DNA of 64,000 nucleotides from Octopus vulgaris (taxonomy: Eukaryota). The translations under genes were made by a program, and so were the position numbers. Positions 13,926 through 27,730 of the stretch are shown in pieces (position 1 is the stretch's first letter; the number at the start of each line of letters is the position of its first letter). Under the pieces are notes generated by a model that was not told the DNA's origin, did no database searches, and saw only the letters and a list, made by a program, of their open reading frames with translations. The stretch covers positions 164,052,001-164,116,000 of the forward strand of contig OX597816.1 of NCBI GenBank assembly GCA_951406725.2, given 5' to 3'.

Positions 13926-14059
13926 TATATATATATGTGTGTGTGTCTGTGTGTCTGTGTATGTATATATATGTATGTATATGTAAATATATATGCATGT
14001 ATGTATACATATATATATGTATGTATATATATATGTATGTATGTATATATATATGTATG

Positions 14060-14102
<43 letters not shown>

Positions 14103-14179
14103 ATGGATGGATGTATATATATACATGTGTGTATGTATGTATGTATATGTATGTATGTATATATATACATATATATATG

Positions 14180-14266
<87 letters not shown>

Positions 14267-14609
14267 ATAAAACGGTAAGATAACAAAAGAAAGAAAGAGA
14301 CCTCAATATTATGTAAATAGAGGAAATTTATCTATATAATATGTTACATTACTCGGTAGTCAAGATAAAACTCTGAGTTTCAGATGCCGAAGTGGAAATC
14401 CACAACACCATCTCTTCGGTTATCTGGCTATTTGAAAACGTTATGAAAAAATACCGTTAAAAATGAAGGGAAATTACTCTGTTATAACTCTGCTTTGCCT
14501 GCGTACGTATACATCGCTCGCATTTTTCGTCATAAAAATTATATAAAAAAACATAAAAATATATAAAAATATATAAAATCTTCTTGGGACATAACACAGA
14601 AAGCATGTT

Positions 14610-15167
14610 CTATCCGTTTTCTTTAGGGGACCAAAAACGTAACAGAAATTTAGTCACATGTGGGCATGATCCGAAAAGCTCTGTCCTTGTATTTAGACAT
14701 GTGGTAGGGTCTAAGCTGCTTTTCCAGATAAGCCATCTCTCCATGTCGCATAAACCGCACCTTCCGCTGCCGTTAGTGTAGGGCTTACATCTGGCCAAAA
14801 TCTTCCATTGTATGTTATAATCGACACCTTTATCTCTTAAAGACCAAATATGATTGGATAATTGTGTCGCTTTTCTTTTGTTCCAGTGCCTAAAGCTCAA
14901 AGTGTGGTTATTGAACCTGGCCTTGAAATTACCCTCTGTCAGGCCCACGTATTTCTTCGTCGAAACGGTGTCTTTAGTGGTTATAGAGTTTACGGTAGCT
15001 TCATATATGATGGTCTTGGACATGCAAGCTCCATTTAGCGGGCACAATTCTTTATTCCTGCATGAACAGCTGTTTTCTTCTTGTGTTTTTTTGTATGTTA
15101 TGATTGATTATGTTTTTAAAATTGGTAGTTGAACTAAAACTAATTTTTAAATTGTGTCTATTGAAGA
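14610..15167 (-). pseudogene. Inverted duplicate of the PLE GIY-YIG fragment
   Basis: Same peptide from CPLNGAC to ENG*, with a 1-nt longer A-run near 15086-15092 that shifts the upstream frame. Confidence 0.85.
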
Positions 15168-15209
15168 AATAGGAAGGTCATCTGGTTTACGCCCCCTTAC
15201 TCACCCGAG

Positions 15210-15842
15210 GTGGCCTTCAATATAGGTAAATATTTCCTAGCACTGATAGATAGACATTTTCCAGTTAACCATGCTTATAGGAAACTCTTCAATAGACACA
15301 ATTTAAAAATTAGTTTTAGTTCAACTACCAATTTTAAAAACATAATCAATCATAACATACAAAAAACACAAGAAGAAAACAGCTGTTCATGCAGGAATAA
15401 AGAATTGTGCCCGCTAAATGGAGCTTGCATGTCCAAGACCATCATATATGAAGCTACCGTAAACTCTATAACCACTAAAGACACCGTTTCGACGAAGAAA
15501 TACGTGGGCCTGACAGAGGGTAATTTCAAGGCCAGGTTCAATAACCACACTTTGAGCTTTAGGCACTGGAACAAAAGAAAAGCAACACAATTATCCAATC
15601 ATATTTGGTCTTTAAGAGATAAAGGTGTCGATTATAACATACAATGGAAGATTTTGGCCAGATGTAAGCCCTACACTAACGGCAGCGGAAGGTGCGGTTT
15701 ATGCGACATGGAGAGATGGCTTATCTGGAAAAGCAGCTTAGACCCTACCACATGTCTAAATACAAGGACAGAGCTTTTCGGATCATGCCCACATGTGACT
15801 AAATTTCTGTTACGTTTTTGGTCCCCTAAAGAAAACGGATAG
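15210..15842 (+). CDS. PLE ORF C-terminal fragment: RT thumb/linker plus GIY-YIG endonuclease (Naiad-like)
   Basis: Open from RKVIWFTPPYS through NIGKYFL, CSCRNKELCPLNGAC, IIYEATV...KKYVGLTEGNFKARFNNH, LSNHIW, CGLCDME and SCPH. The track's start is not a true start because the element is 5'-truncated. Confidence 0.85.
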   Translation: MAFNIGKYFLALIDRHFPVNHAYRKLFNRHNLKISFSSTTNFKNIINHNIQKTQEENSCSCRNKELCPLNGACMSKTIIYEATVNSITTKDTVSTKKYVGLTEGNFKARFNNHTLSFRHWNKRKATQLSNHIWSLRDKGVDYNIQWKILARCKPYTNGSGRCGLCDMERWLIWKSSLDPTTCLNTRTELFGSCPHVTKFLLRFWSPKENG

Positions 15843-16021
15843 AACATGCTTTCTGTGTTATGTCCCAAGAAGATTTTATATATTTTTATATATTTTTATG
15901 TTTTTTTATATAATTTTTATGACGAAAAATGCGAGCGATGTATAAGTACGCAGGCAAAGCAGAGTTATAACAGAGTAATTTCCCTTCATTTTTAACGGTA
16001 TTTTTTCATAACGTTTTCAAA

Positions 16022-16095
16022 TAGCCAGATAACCGAAGAGATGGTGTTTTGGATTTCCACTTCGGCATCTGAAACTCAGAGTTTTATCTTGACTA
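16022..16095 (+). ncRNA. Type I hammerhead-like ribozyme in the PLE 3' region (mirror copy at 14357-14430, -)
   Basis: Stem I TAGCCAGATAA/TTATCTTGACTA, core variant CCGAAGA, stem II GATG..CATC, GAAA, and near-palindromic stem III ACTCAGAGT. Confidence 0.55.
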
Positions 16096-16174
16096 CAGTA
16101 ATGATATTATATAGTAATATATTATATATATATATGTGTGTATATATATCTATATCAAAAGGATGTGTGTGTGT

Positions 16175-16371
16175 GTGTTTGTGTGTCTGCGTTTGTCCCC
16201 CCAACATCGCTTGACAACCGATGCTCGTGTGTTTGCAGTTCGGTGAAAGTGACCGATAGAATAAGTACTACGCTCACAAAGAATAAGTCCTGGGGTCGAT
16301 TTGCTCGACTAAAGGCGGTGCTCCAGCATGGCCGCAGTTAAATGACTGAAACAAGTAAAAGTGTAAAAGAG
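16175..16371 (+). mobile_element. SINE family A, 3' half
   Basis: GCTTGACAACCGATGC...GGCGGTGCTCCAGCATGGCCGCAG...GAAACAAGTAAAA. Confidence 0.85.
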
Positions 16372-16680
16372 CATACGCATACTTACAACCATCCATCCAT
16401 CCATACATACATGATGAACACAGACAATGAATTTATGCTTTACGTAATAACATACACGTGTTTCAGAAAACCGGCAAAGATCAATTAAGTGAGCATAAAT
16501 ACTCACATACGAGACAAATGCTGCTGGTCCATACTTCACGGCTAACGTGTCATTTCTTCAAGAGTATATTGCAGAGTGTACACACACACACGTGTGTGTG
16601 TGTGTATGTATCACCTTGTAGCATCGTTCGAGTTTCAAAATTGACGTACGTACAACCTCGTTGTATGTGTCTTCCTTTTA

Positions 16681-16877
16681 CTCTCTTACTTGTTTCAGTC
16701 ATTTGACTGCGGCCATGCTAGAGCACCGCCTTTTAGTCGAACAAATCAACCATAGGACTTGTTCTTCGTAAGTATAGTACTTATTCTATCGGTGTCTTTT
16801 GCCGAACTGGTAAGTTACGGGGACGTAAACACACCAACATCGCTTGTCGAGCGATGATAGGAAGGGACAAACAAATT

Positions 16878-16935
<58 letters not shown>

Positions 16936-17097
16936 GACGAGCTTCTTTCAGTTTCCGTCTACGAAATCCACTCATGAGGCTTTGGTCGGCCCGAGGCTAT
17001 AGCGGAAGACATTTACCTAAGGCGCCTCGCGGTGGGACTGAACCCGGAACCATGTGGTTGGGAAGCAAGCTTCTTACCACACACCCGCTCCTGCACC
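16681..17097 (-). mobile_element. SINE family A, full length
   Basis: Head, internal microsatellite and tail all present on the reverse strand. Confidence 0.9.
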
Positions 17098-17461
17098 TTT
17101 TTTTTTTTTTTTTACTTTTTTTTCTTTTTTCTCCTTTCCTGTTTGATGTATTTACTGACCAGTTGCTCAGTCGTTGAGCAGTCCAGTCGTTGATTGCCTC
17201 ATTTAGAGGAAATGAAATCATAATGGTTAAGCCTATCTCGTACTGGCAGACACACATGTATGCACGCATATATTAATGCCTGTTGTTTTGTTTTTGTCCG
17301 TTTAGACATAAAACATTCAAAAAATTAAACAGAAGACTCACAATCACTCAATACAGCTCTCGTTTATTTGTTCGCTTATTTGCATTTATTGTATTTATTT
17401 ATACAAGGAGAATGTTGACAGTGACTTCGGAGTTTAGGAGTTAGATGCCATCACCTATCTT

Positions 17462-17497
<36 letters not shown>

Positions 17498-17624
17498 TAT
17501 CTACCTACCTACACACACGCATACACACACATATATGCACATATATTCATATATATTATATATGCACGTATGTAAATATATATATATTTATAAATTATAT
17601 GTATAATATATGGGGATATATGCA

Positions 17625-17666
<42 letters not shown>

Positions 17667-17670
<4 letters not shown>

Positions 17671-17905
17671 ATTGTATTGTATTGGCATCCTTTCTGTCTC
17701 GGGAGACAATGGAGTTGCGCATGAAGTAGTCTAGTCCGGCTTTTATATTTCATGACCTGATACATTTCCTGCTGTGGCTGTGTAGTCCTATCCTGGACAA
17801 ACACTCCCTCTGGCAGGTACCGCAAATGTAGCGAAGACTGTTCCTGGCTGGTTGTAATGCCATAGTCTCTTGTTTACGTCTCTTCCTTTCTTTCCATTTC
17901 TCCAA
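17667..17905 (-). mobile_element. RTE-clade LINE 3' fragment
   Basis: The reverse strand translates to ...YICGTCQRECLSRIGLHSHSRKC (RTE C-terminal zinc finger). The 3' end CCATTGTCTCCCGAGACAGAAAGGATGCC is followed by a (CAATA)n tail. Confidence 0.85.
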
Positions 17906-18050
17906 CAAGCAGATGTATTAGTATATCGCTCGGGAAGTGAAAAAGTCTTTAACGTTTCGAGCCTACGCTCTTCCACAGAAAGGAACAGAGAAAGAAACAA
18001 GGAGAGAAAATAAAGGTTGTTTAGAGGCTAGCGATCTATCATGGCGAATG
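17905..18050 (-). mobile_element. PLE-derived remnant with minimal hammerhead-like motif, truncated by the RTE insertion
   Basis: AACGTTTCGAGCCTACGCTCTTCCACAGAA, identical to 7801-7830. Confidence 0.65.
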
Positions 18051-18155
18051 CATATAAATATATATACGTGCATATATAGTATATATGAATATATAGACAT
18101 ATATATGTGTGTGTGTGTGCGTGTAGATAGGTAGGTAGGTACGTACGTACGTACG

Positions 18156-18222
<67 letters not shown>

Positions 18223-19621
18223 ATAGATAGATGTACATATACGTATGAATATTGGTATGTCTGCGTGTACAATTGAAAGAACCAAGTGCTCAATAATTTT
18301 GTAAGGTTCACCTTTCAGTAATCAAACAGTTAATAATTTACTGCTTCATTACTCGGTGTTCTATACTTCTATAATTCAAAATAAGACATTTATCGTAATT
18401 CGAGTAATCGCAAAACATTATACGATAAATACTTGAGTTTGCTTTATCGTCAGTGCTATTATTTGTGATACGCTGTGCGATATATCATAAGTGTGCGACG
18501 CGTGTGTATATGTGGAATGAATAAGAGAAACGAAGATGAAAAAGGAAAAGGTAGGGAGAGAAACATAGTGAGAAAAATGAGACAATGAGCATCAAAAAGA
18601 AGAGAGGAAACCGGTTTGTTTAGGGTTGGAAGTCAGTTTTGAAGAAAAATCCATAGTGAGAAAAAAGAGAGAAAACCTGTTTGTTTAGAGTAGGTGGTCA
18701 ACCTCAGAAGAAAAAGTCAATGAAGAAAATACTGTGCGAATGGCGGAATATAGTGCGTTAGTGTTTTGCAATATCAGTTTTACTTTCCATGGGGTTATGT
18801 AGACCTGGTGCAGATATTATTATATATTGAATCAAAAACATTGTAATATATGTATTTTTTAACTGTGATATAATTATACAATTGATGGTGTGGAATTTCA
18901 TAATTATTTTCAAAAAACATGAAGTTCTGATTACAACATGTGTGTGTGTATGTGCCTGTGTGCGTACGAATTTATATGTAATAGATATAAGATGAAATTA
19001 AATATCTACTACATCAGTATCGCACATGTAGTGTTACAAAAACTTATATATTTGTCGAGTTTCAAAGTTTTGCGGCATTATTGAGCTGGTATTTTAAGTG
19101 CCAAATTTATCTTGAGAAAGAAGTGAGTTTACGTCTGACTGGCTTTCTGAAAGTGTGTATATGTTGGTTATATATATACTTAAATAATACTAGCTGTTAA
19201 TCTCATATCATGTATATAATATTAGTTTATTGAAAGACGGCAGACTGAATCGTTACCACTCCGGGTAAAATGCTTATCAGCATTTCTTCCGTCTTTACGT
19301 TCTGAGTTCAAATACCGGCGTGGCCCCTTCGCTAAAACTGCTGATCTTGTGCCAAATTTTGAAACCAATGTTTGCTCCTTTACAAGCGTTATTCAGTACA
19401 CTACTATTGAACTTGTTAGATATTTAGCGTACAAATAACATGGGACAGGATTTGTATAAATACCTGATTGAATAATGAAACGCATGTAAGGGACATCTAA
19501 TATAAACTGCAACTTGATTATAGTACTTTTAAGTGAGTGTGTGTTTGTGTTTGTATGCGTGTGCGTATGCATGTGTACATATATATGTATATATTTATAT
19601 ATGTATGTATGTATGTTTATT

Positions 19622-19660
<39 letters not shown>

Positions 19661-19760
19661 ATGTATGCATGCATGTATTTATATATATATATATATATAT
19701 GTATTTATTTATATATATGTATATATGTATGTATCTATATATTCATGTATACATGTATGC

Positions 19761-19797
<37 letters not shown>

Positions 19798-19889
19798 TGA
19801 ATATATGTGTGTATTTATGTGCACACTGATGCAGGAATACCTTTCACTGCTAACGTATTCTCGGAATTAATTTTCTCTTCATAGACATA

Positions 19890-20285
19890 GGCGCAGGAAC
19901 GGCTGTGTGGTAAGTAACTTGCTTACCAGCCACATCGTTCCGGGTTCAGTCCCACTGCGTGGCATCTTGGGCAAGTGTCTTCTACTATAGCCTCGGGCCG
20001 ACCAAAGCCTTGTGAGTGGATTTGGTAGACGGAAACTGAAAGAAGCCCGTCGTATATGTGTACATATATGTGTCTGTGTGTTTTTGTGTCTGTGTTTGTC
20101 CTCCCAACATCGCTTGGCAACCGATACTGGTGTGTTTACGTCCCCGTCACTTAGCGGTTCGGCAAAAGAGACCGATAGAATAAGTACTAGGCTTCCAGAT
20201 AATAAGTCCTGGGGGCAATTTGCTCGACTAAATGTGCTGTTCCAGCATGGCCGCAGTCAAATGACTGAAACAAGTAAAAGAGAGT
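19890..20285 (+). mobile_element. SINE family A, full length
   Basis: tRNA-like head, CTTGGGCAAGT domain, internal microsatellite and GAAACAAGTAAAAGAG tail. Confidence 0.92.
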
Positions 20286-21061
20286 AGAAGGGAGACAATA
20301 CGTGTGAAAAGAAAACAGGGCTATGAATGATGGAAATAGATCGTATGATGCGTCCGTTTTTGTGTGATTGGATGTCGTCAGCTAAGAACATGGAACCCGT
20401 CTTTCACATACGTGCAGGAGACTATGATGAACAGTAAATAGTATATTTTGTCGGCCTGTGATTGCACAAACTGGAATAAACAAACTGGACTTACATGAAA
20501 GGAGTATGCGACAATCTATAGGAGTGTGTTCACGTGTGTTTCTTGTAATACAAGGAATAAAATATAGAACTTTGAATAAAATACAGAACGTTGAATAAAA
20601 TATAGAAAATATCTGTGTTAAATATAGACGAGTTTAACATATATTCACACATACACTCATGCATCTTTGATCCTTGGCAACGAGTGTTAGGATCGAAATA
20701 AACTCAGTTATTTTGTCATCAATAAAATAATGCGAAGTGATGAGCTGGCAGAATCATTAGAACGCCAAGCAAAATGCTTAGCGACATATCGTCTGTCTTT
20801 TTATGTTCTGGTTTCAAATTCTGCCGTAACCTGGATCGATAAAATATGTAGTCAATTTAAGAAATTGAAATCAACGTATAAAGAAGATGAGAGAATTCGC
20901 TAAGCATTTTTCCCTGCGTTCTGACGATTCTGCCAACGTATCATTTTTGTATTATTTTATCGATGAGTTTATTTCGATCATTGCACTCGTTGCCAAGGAT
21001 ACAGAAAGTGGTTGTCAAGCGATATTCGGAGCACACACTCAACACACACACACACACACAC

Positions 21062-21108
<47 letters not shown>

Positions 21109-21413
21109 ACGCACACACACGTATTTGTATATATAAACACATAGTTGCCATAGATTCTCTTTACCACAAACGCGCACAAGGCGTGGGGCTATAGTGGAAG
21201 ACACTTGTCTAAGGTGCTGCTCAGCGGGACTGAACTCGGAACCAAATGGTAACCACATATAGCTATGTCTTCGGCCGAAGTGCGTAGATTTCTCTCCGTT
21301 TCACGAAGAGCTCCGCTCGAAACATTAATTCCTTCTTTCTTTCCTTTTCTGAGCGTCCAAAAACACTATACTTGTTCCACGTCCTCGTGTTGTTGTGTTT
21401 TCATGTTTGGATT

Positions 21414-21499
<86 letters not shown>

Positions 21500-21558
21500 C
21501 CACCAGCTGACCAATGCCTTGTGAGTGGATTTGGTAGACACACTGAAAGAAGCCCGTC

Positions 21559-21669
<111 letters not shown>

Positions 21670-21687
21670 TGAGTGTGTGTTTATATA

Positions 21688-21762
<75 letters not shown>

Positions 21763-21798
21763 TAAATAATATATGAATATATATGTATATATATGTAC

Positions 21799-21837
<39 letters not shown>

Positions 21838-22364
21838 GTCATGTGATTTTATGCTTGGCTGTACTGTTTATCATTTCTATGTGAACAGGAAGTCTATCCG
21901 AGTTAAACAGTCTCTCTTAACAAAACATGTTTTGGTAGAAAGACAATGGACTCCAAATCAATACTTCTCTTTATTATTCCACGTTCAGCTGAGTATGTCC
22001 TTGAGATATTAAAACACACACATACATTCATATATATATATATATATATATATATACAAACAAACCTACACTTACACATATGTTCTGATAATACATAGGA
22101 GTCGATACCCATGCTTGTATGTGATTACATATACTTATAGAAATGTGTGTGTGTATATATATACATTTACATACACCTATACAAATTCGTATGTATATAT
22201 ATATATATATATATATAGACATACATATGTGAGAGAGAGAGAGAGGCGGAAGAGGGTATATAATGATATCTATCTATGTAAGTATAAATGTGTGAGCATC
22301 TGTGCCTGCATAAATATATGTATATACATATATACAAACATATATATGTATTCATACATACAAA

Positions 22365-22410
<46 letters not shown>

Positions 22411-22452
22411 TATATACTTATGTATGGATGTATGAAGGTGTACATATATATG

Positions 22453-22517
<65 letters not shown>

Positions 22518-22594
22518 GTATATATGTATATATTTATGTATATAAGTATATATATATATATAGATATATGTATGTATATATGTATGTATATAAG

Positions 22595-22648
<54 letters not shown>

Positions 22649-22793
22649 GTATGCATATGAGTATATATAAATATATATATATAGATATATATATGTATAT
22701 ATATGTATTCATGTGTATATATATATATATGAATATATGTTTATATATTTATATATATATGTTTGTATATATGTGTATATATATATGTATATA

Positions 22794-22885
<92 letters not shown>

Positions 22886-23322
22886 TATTATTCTAAAGAC
22901 AAAAACGTGCGATCAAAGTGCTTCCGATTATGTCGGCCATTAACTAACATAAGTGGTCTCTTCATGTTTCGTTGTCTCTCTCGCTATCTTTAAAAAAAAA
23001 ATAACACTGAGGACAACCAAATGACAGATTTATGTATATCGACGAAATAACCTACGTTCTAAGAGAAACCTATGGCCTTTCTTTCCCCCACCCCCACTGT
23101 GTTCTTACTGTGTCTATTCCTCTTACTGTACCGCCGCCCCCTTATATTTTTTTTCTATTTCGTCATTTCGTTATTTCCTTATAATTTCCTCTATTTTTTA
23201 AAAAGGAACCATCTCTCCCATTTTTTCTTGTACATTATTTTGACAAGTCTTATAATTCTTTATTTTTTGTGTGACTGCATATATCTATCTACCTGTCTAC
23301 CTACCTATATATTTGTGTGTCG

Positions 23323-23402
<80 letters not shown>

Positions 23403-23419
23403 ATATATATATATATGTA

Positions 23420-23562
<143 letters not shown>

Positions 23563-23799
23563 AGATGGAGAGAGAAATAAATAGATAGATAGGTAGTTAT
23601 ATATAAATAAATGGGTGGATGTATTTGTATGTATGTGTGTATGTATTCATGCGGTGTGTATGTATAGATGCATGCACACACTACCACACATACACACACG
23701 CACACGCATTATTTACGTGTGCATGCGTGTGTGTGAGTCTGTGTGTGTAATATTATACATAAAGTAGAAAATTACCAAAAGCTTTGTGTAAACACTTAC

Positions 23800-24520
23800 A
23801 ATTATATAAACAGTGAATTACATTATTTACCTGAAGAAAGTGAAATTCGATAATGGCTTAAAGCGTCTAGTTAAACAAGAAGTGTAGTTTACGCTTAAGG
23901 ATCACAAGGAGAATTCTGCTTCAGATCTAGAATGTTTGATAAATTAATTCTTCTAAACTGGAGTATGGTTAGTCAGCAAGTATATATTAGCGAAAACAAT
24001 TAAGATAAGGTAACCAACCAGATTCCAGTAAACGAAAAATACCTATACTGGAATTGGTTGGTTCAATATTATTAGCCATAAACACGTCTTTTAGTTCAAT
24101 AAGCTTAGCATCATAGAATTTTTACGCCGATATCGATATCAGTTGAAGAACACCCTGGATTCGCTAATGTATATATACTCATATGTATAATAATGATGTT
24201 GATATCAATATTAAGTTTACTGGATGCTGGTAAGGAATTCTCTTATAACACAGATATTTGCAAAAACGTTGGTCATATCTATGCTAGAAATTCTAGGAAA
24301 TTCTGCTATATCAAATATCGTGCTATATAGTGATGATGGGCTTGCCGTTTCAAATTGTGGAAGGCGGCAGACACTAGACACAATCTTTCCTAAGCAACCT
24401 CAATAGTTTCAACCTAAGAAGAAGCATCCCTACTGACTTTACTATCGTAAATTTCTTGGATATCACTCAAAATTTAAATTGCTAAATACAAAGCTGGTAG
24501 TAAACCCAATAAAAAGGTTT
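23800..24520 (+). pseudogene. Decayed Penelope-like (Naiad-like) reverse transcriptase fragment
   Basis: Broken frames give FTLKDHKEN (23889), LYSDDGLAV (YxDD catalytic motif, ~24325), IVNFLDIT (24444) and KPN, in PLE RT order. Confidence 0.75.
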
Positions 24521-24656
24521 AGTACATGACGAACTAATTTTACTTCATGCTCTTTGCTGTATACGCGTAATTATGTATGTGATTTAACTATGCATATATG
24601 TTACATGTAAATAATTGTAACGTGTTATAAGATTTAATTTCTATAATATGTTGGTG

Positions 24657-24706
<50 letters not shown>

Positions 24707-25039
24707 TAATAAATAAAACATATGCATATATATATATATACATATATGTACATACCTACCTCTACATGTATATATACACGCACACAAACCCAAGGACACA
24801 AACCCAAGGAACTAGACATTTTTCTTAAACAACAAAAAAATAGTGTACAGGACAAATAACACAAGGAAAAAACCCCTACTTCAGTTGCCATGGTTTCATC
24901 TACTCTACGTTTCGAAGGTGAAGGCGAGACGTATCTTCGATAAGAAACTTTCCTTCCTGCGAAAAACAAATCAAATAAAATTTGAGATCTTTTTGCAGAG
25001 GGGTAAAAATGGTAACAAAACCAGGACACAACGACAGTA

Positions 25040-25083
<44 letters not shown>

Positions 25084-25183
25084 TATATAACACACAAACA
25101 AACATATATGTATGCATGTACATACATATATACGTATATATACACATATATCTTGATACATAAATGAATACCAAATATATAAA

Positions 25184-25345
25184 GGCGCAGGAGTGGCTGT
25201 GTGTTAAGTAGCTTGCTTACCAACCACATGGTTTCGGTTTCATTCCCATTGCGTGGCACGTTGGGCAAGGATCTTCTACTATAGCCTCAGGCCGACCAAA
25301 GCTTTGTGAGTGGATTTGGTAGACGGAAACTGAAAGAAGCCCGTC

Positions 25346-25411
<66 letters not shown>

Positions 25412-25619
25412 GTGTGTATGTTTCTGTGTCTGTGTTTGCCCCCAACATCGCTTGACAACCGATGCTGGTGTGTTTACGTCTCCGTAACTTAGTGGTTCGA
25501 CAGAAGAGACCGATAGAATAAGTACTAGGCTTCCAGAGAATAAGTCCTGGAGTCGATTTGCTCGACTAAAGGCGGTGCTTCAGCATAGCCGCAGTCAAAT
25601 GACTGAAACAAGTAAAGAG
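25184..25619 (+). mobile_element. SINE family A, full length
   Basis: Same architecture as 19890-20285. Confidence 0.92.
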
Positions 25620-26121
25620 ATATATATACGTATATTTGTCCATCTAATTATTTTTCTCTTTCTCCCTCTCCCTCACTCCCTCTCTCTCTCTCTGTCACCC
25701 TCTCTCTCTATATATATATGTGTGTGTGTGTGTGTATGCATGCATATATGTATAGAAACATGTGTATTCCGTTTTTTTTTTTCGTTTCTCATATATTCAA
25801 GCTCGCTTTACATTTCGTGCCTTCCTCCTCTTCCACCGCCTCCTACTTTCCACTCATCTTCCTCCTCGTCACCCATATTCTCTCGCCGATTCTCCCTCTG
25901 CCTCCCTTTCCCACTTTCATCCAATGTCCTATTTCAATAGTCGCAGATATGTAACATTATCCATACTCAACACCGATATCTCCCTTCAGGGAACTTCGTC
26001 TTTTCCGGCCAATATTTCTTTACACATCGTCCAGACGACGTAGGATTCATGATGGATGGAGGTGAAGTGACCGGAATCTCCACTAATTTTCACTCTTTCT
26101 CGAGTTCTCTCTTTCGCTTTT

Positions 26122-26177
<56 letters not shown>

Positions 26178-26349
26178 TATTTATTTATTTATTTATCTTG
26201 TTATTTATCTGTGTGTGTGTATCTTTCCCTTTCTCATTCTACCTTCATGTATGTGTGTGTGCGTGTGTGTGTGCATGTGTCTATGCAAATATCTGTATAT
26301 ACAAGTGCATATGTATATGAATACATATGTATATATGAACATATATTAA

Positions 26350-26393
<44 letters not shown>

Positions 26394-26401
26394 AATAACA
26401 A

Positions 26402-26439
<38 letters not shown>

Positions 26440-26482
26440 ATATATGTACATACACACATATATACATATGCATATATAAATA

Positions 26483-26516
<34 letters not shown>

Positions 26517-26626
26517 CACCTATATATGCATATATTCTGTATATATGTATACATATATATATTCCATTGTCTTTTAGTTTTGTTTTCATTTTGTTCTTTT
26601 TTTATTATGTCGTGAATACTTTTATT

Positions 26627-26702
<76 letters not shown>

Positions 26703-26783
26703 ACTTTTCTCATTTATATTTTTCCTGCTCTCTCACTCATATTTCCTTTCATTTTCACACACACTTTCTCTCTTTCTCTCTCT

Positions 26784-26864
<81 letters not shown>

Positions 26865-26985
26865 ACACACACACTCCTTTTTTATTTCTATTGCTGCAAG
26901 CGACAGCACTTGTATGGGGGATCACTCAATAATTCACTGGCGTCGCTCGACCATTGCACTTGTACGGAAGCATTCGATGAGTATT

Positions 26986-27059
<74 letters not shown>

Positions 27060-27246
27060 GGGGATGTGGTTGTAGTAGTAGCAATAGTGCTGGTTGTAGC
27101 AGTGGTCGCAGCAAACATTTTTATTCGCCTCAAGGATAGGGCAAAAGTCTATTACATCTAAATACACCAGCGAATCGGAAACATTTATGAGCGTGCAGAA
27201 ATCGTGTGTGTGTGTGTGTGTGTGCGCGCGCGCGCGCTTGTGTATA

Positions 27247-27468
27247 TACGAAGTGGTGTTGAAAAGTTCCTTGTTTTAAGGGTGTCGGGAAAGGCCTGGC
27301 TAAAGACCCAACCTTCCGAGTGTTTTTACGGGGCCTAGAAGAACTGAAGAACCGCTGCAATAAATGTGTGAATTTGATGGGGGATTATGTTCAATAAAAT
27401 CACAGTCAACTGATCCTTCTGTATTTTCTATTACCCGAAGCCAGAAACTTTTCAATAAAAGCGACCCC

Positions 27469-27471
<3 letters not shown>
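27247..27471 (+). mobile_element. Mariner-derived MITE/deletion derivative
   Basis: Imperfect TIRs (TACGAAGTGGTGTTGAAAAGTTCC / GAAACTTTTCAA..CCCCGTA) and TA flanks. The interior translates to LEELKNRCNKCVNLMGDYVQ*, a mariner C-terminus. Confidence 0.75.
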
Positions 27472-27535
<64 letters not shown>

Positions 27536-27541
<6 letters not shown>

Positions 27542-27730
27542 ATCCAAACATGAAAACACAACAACGCGAGGACGTGGAACAAGTATAGTATTATTGGACG
27601 CTAAGGAAAGAAGAAGGGTTTAACGTTTTGAGCGGAGCTCTTCGTCAGAAGCATAGGAAAAGGAAAGATCCAAAGAAGGGAAGACAGAGAAAAAAAATCG
27701 CCAACGGTACACACGCGGTCACATTTTGAA
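27536..27730 (-). mobile_element. PLE-derived remnant with minimal hammerhead-like motif
   Basis: The reverse strand reads CTGACGAAGAGCTCCGCTCAAAACGTTA; homologous to 21290-21415 (+) and 1690-1835 (+). Confidence 0.6.

Larger units (their letters stand above)
14263..16117. mobile_element. 5'-truncated Penelope-like retroelement with inverted pseudo-LTR
   Basis: Left arm 14263-15167 (-) and right arm 15286-16117 (+) are near-identical inverted copies around a 118-bp spacer. Both carry the GIY-YIG region and a 3' hammerhead-like motif, and the whole is inserted in (TA)n. Confidence 0.93.

Noticed and set aside
15843-16020. SECIS element for a selenoprotein Naiad
   Set aside because: There is no in-frame TGA in the ORF fragment, and the ATGAC...GATG spacing is too short for a SECIS stem-loop.
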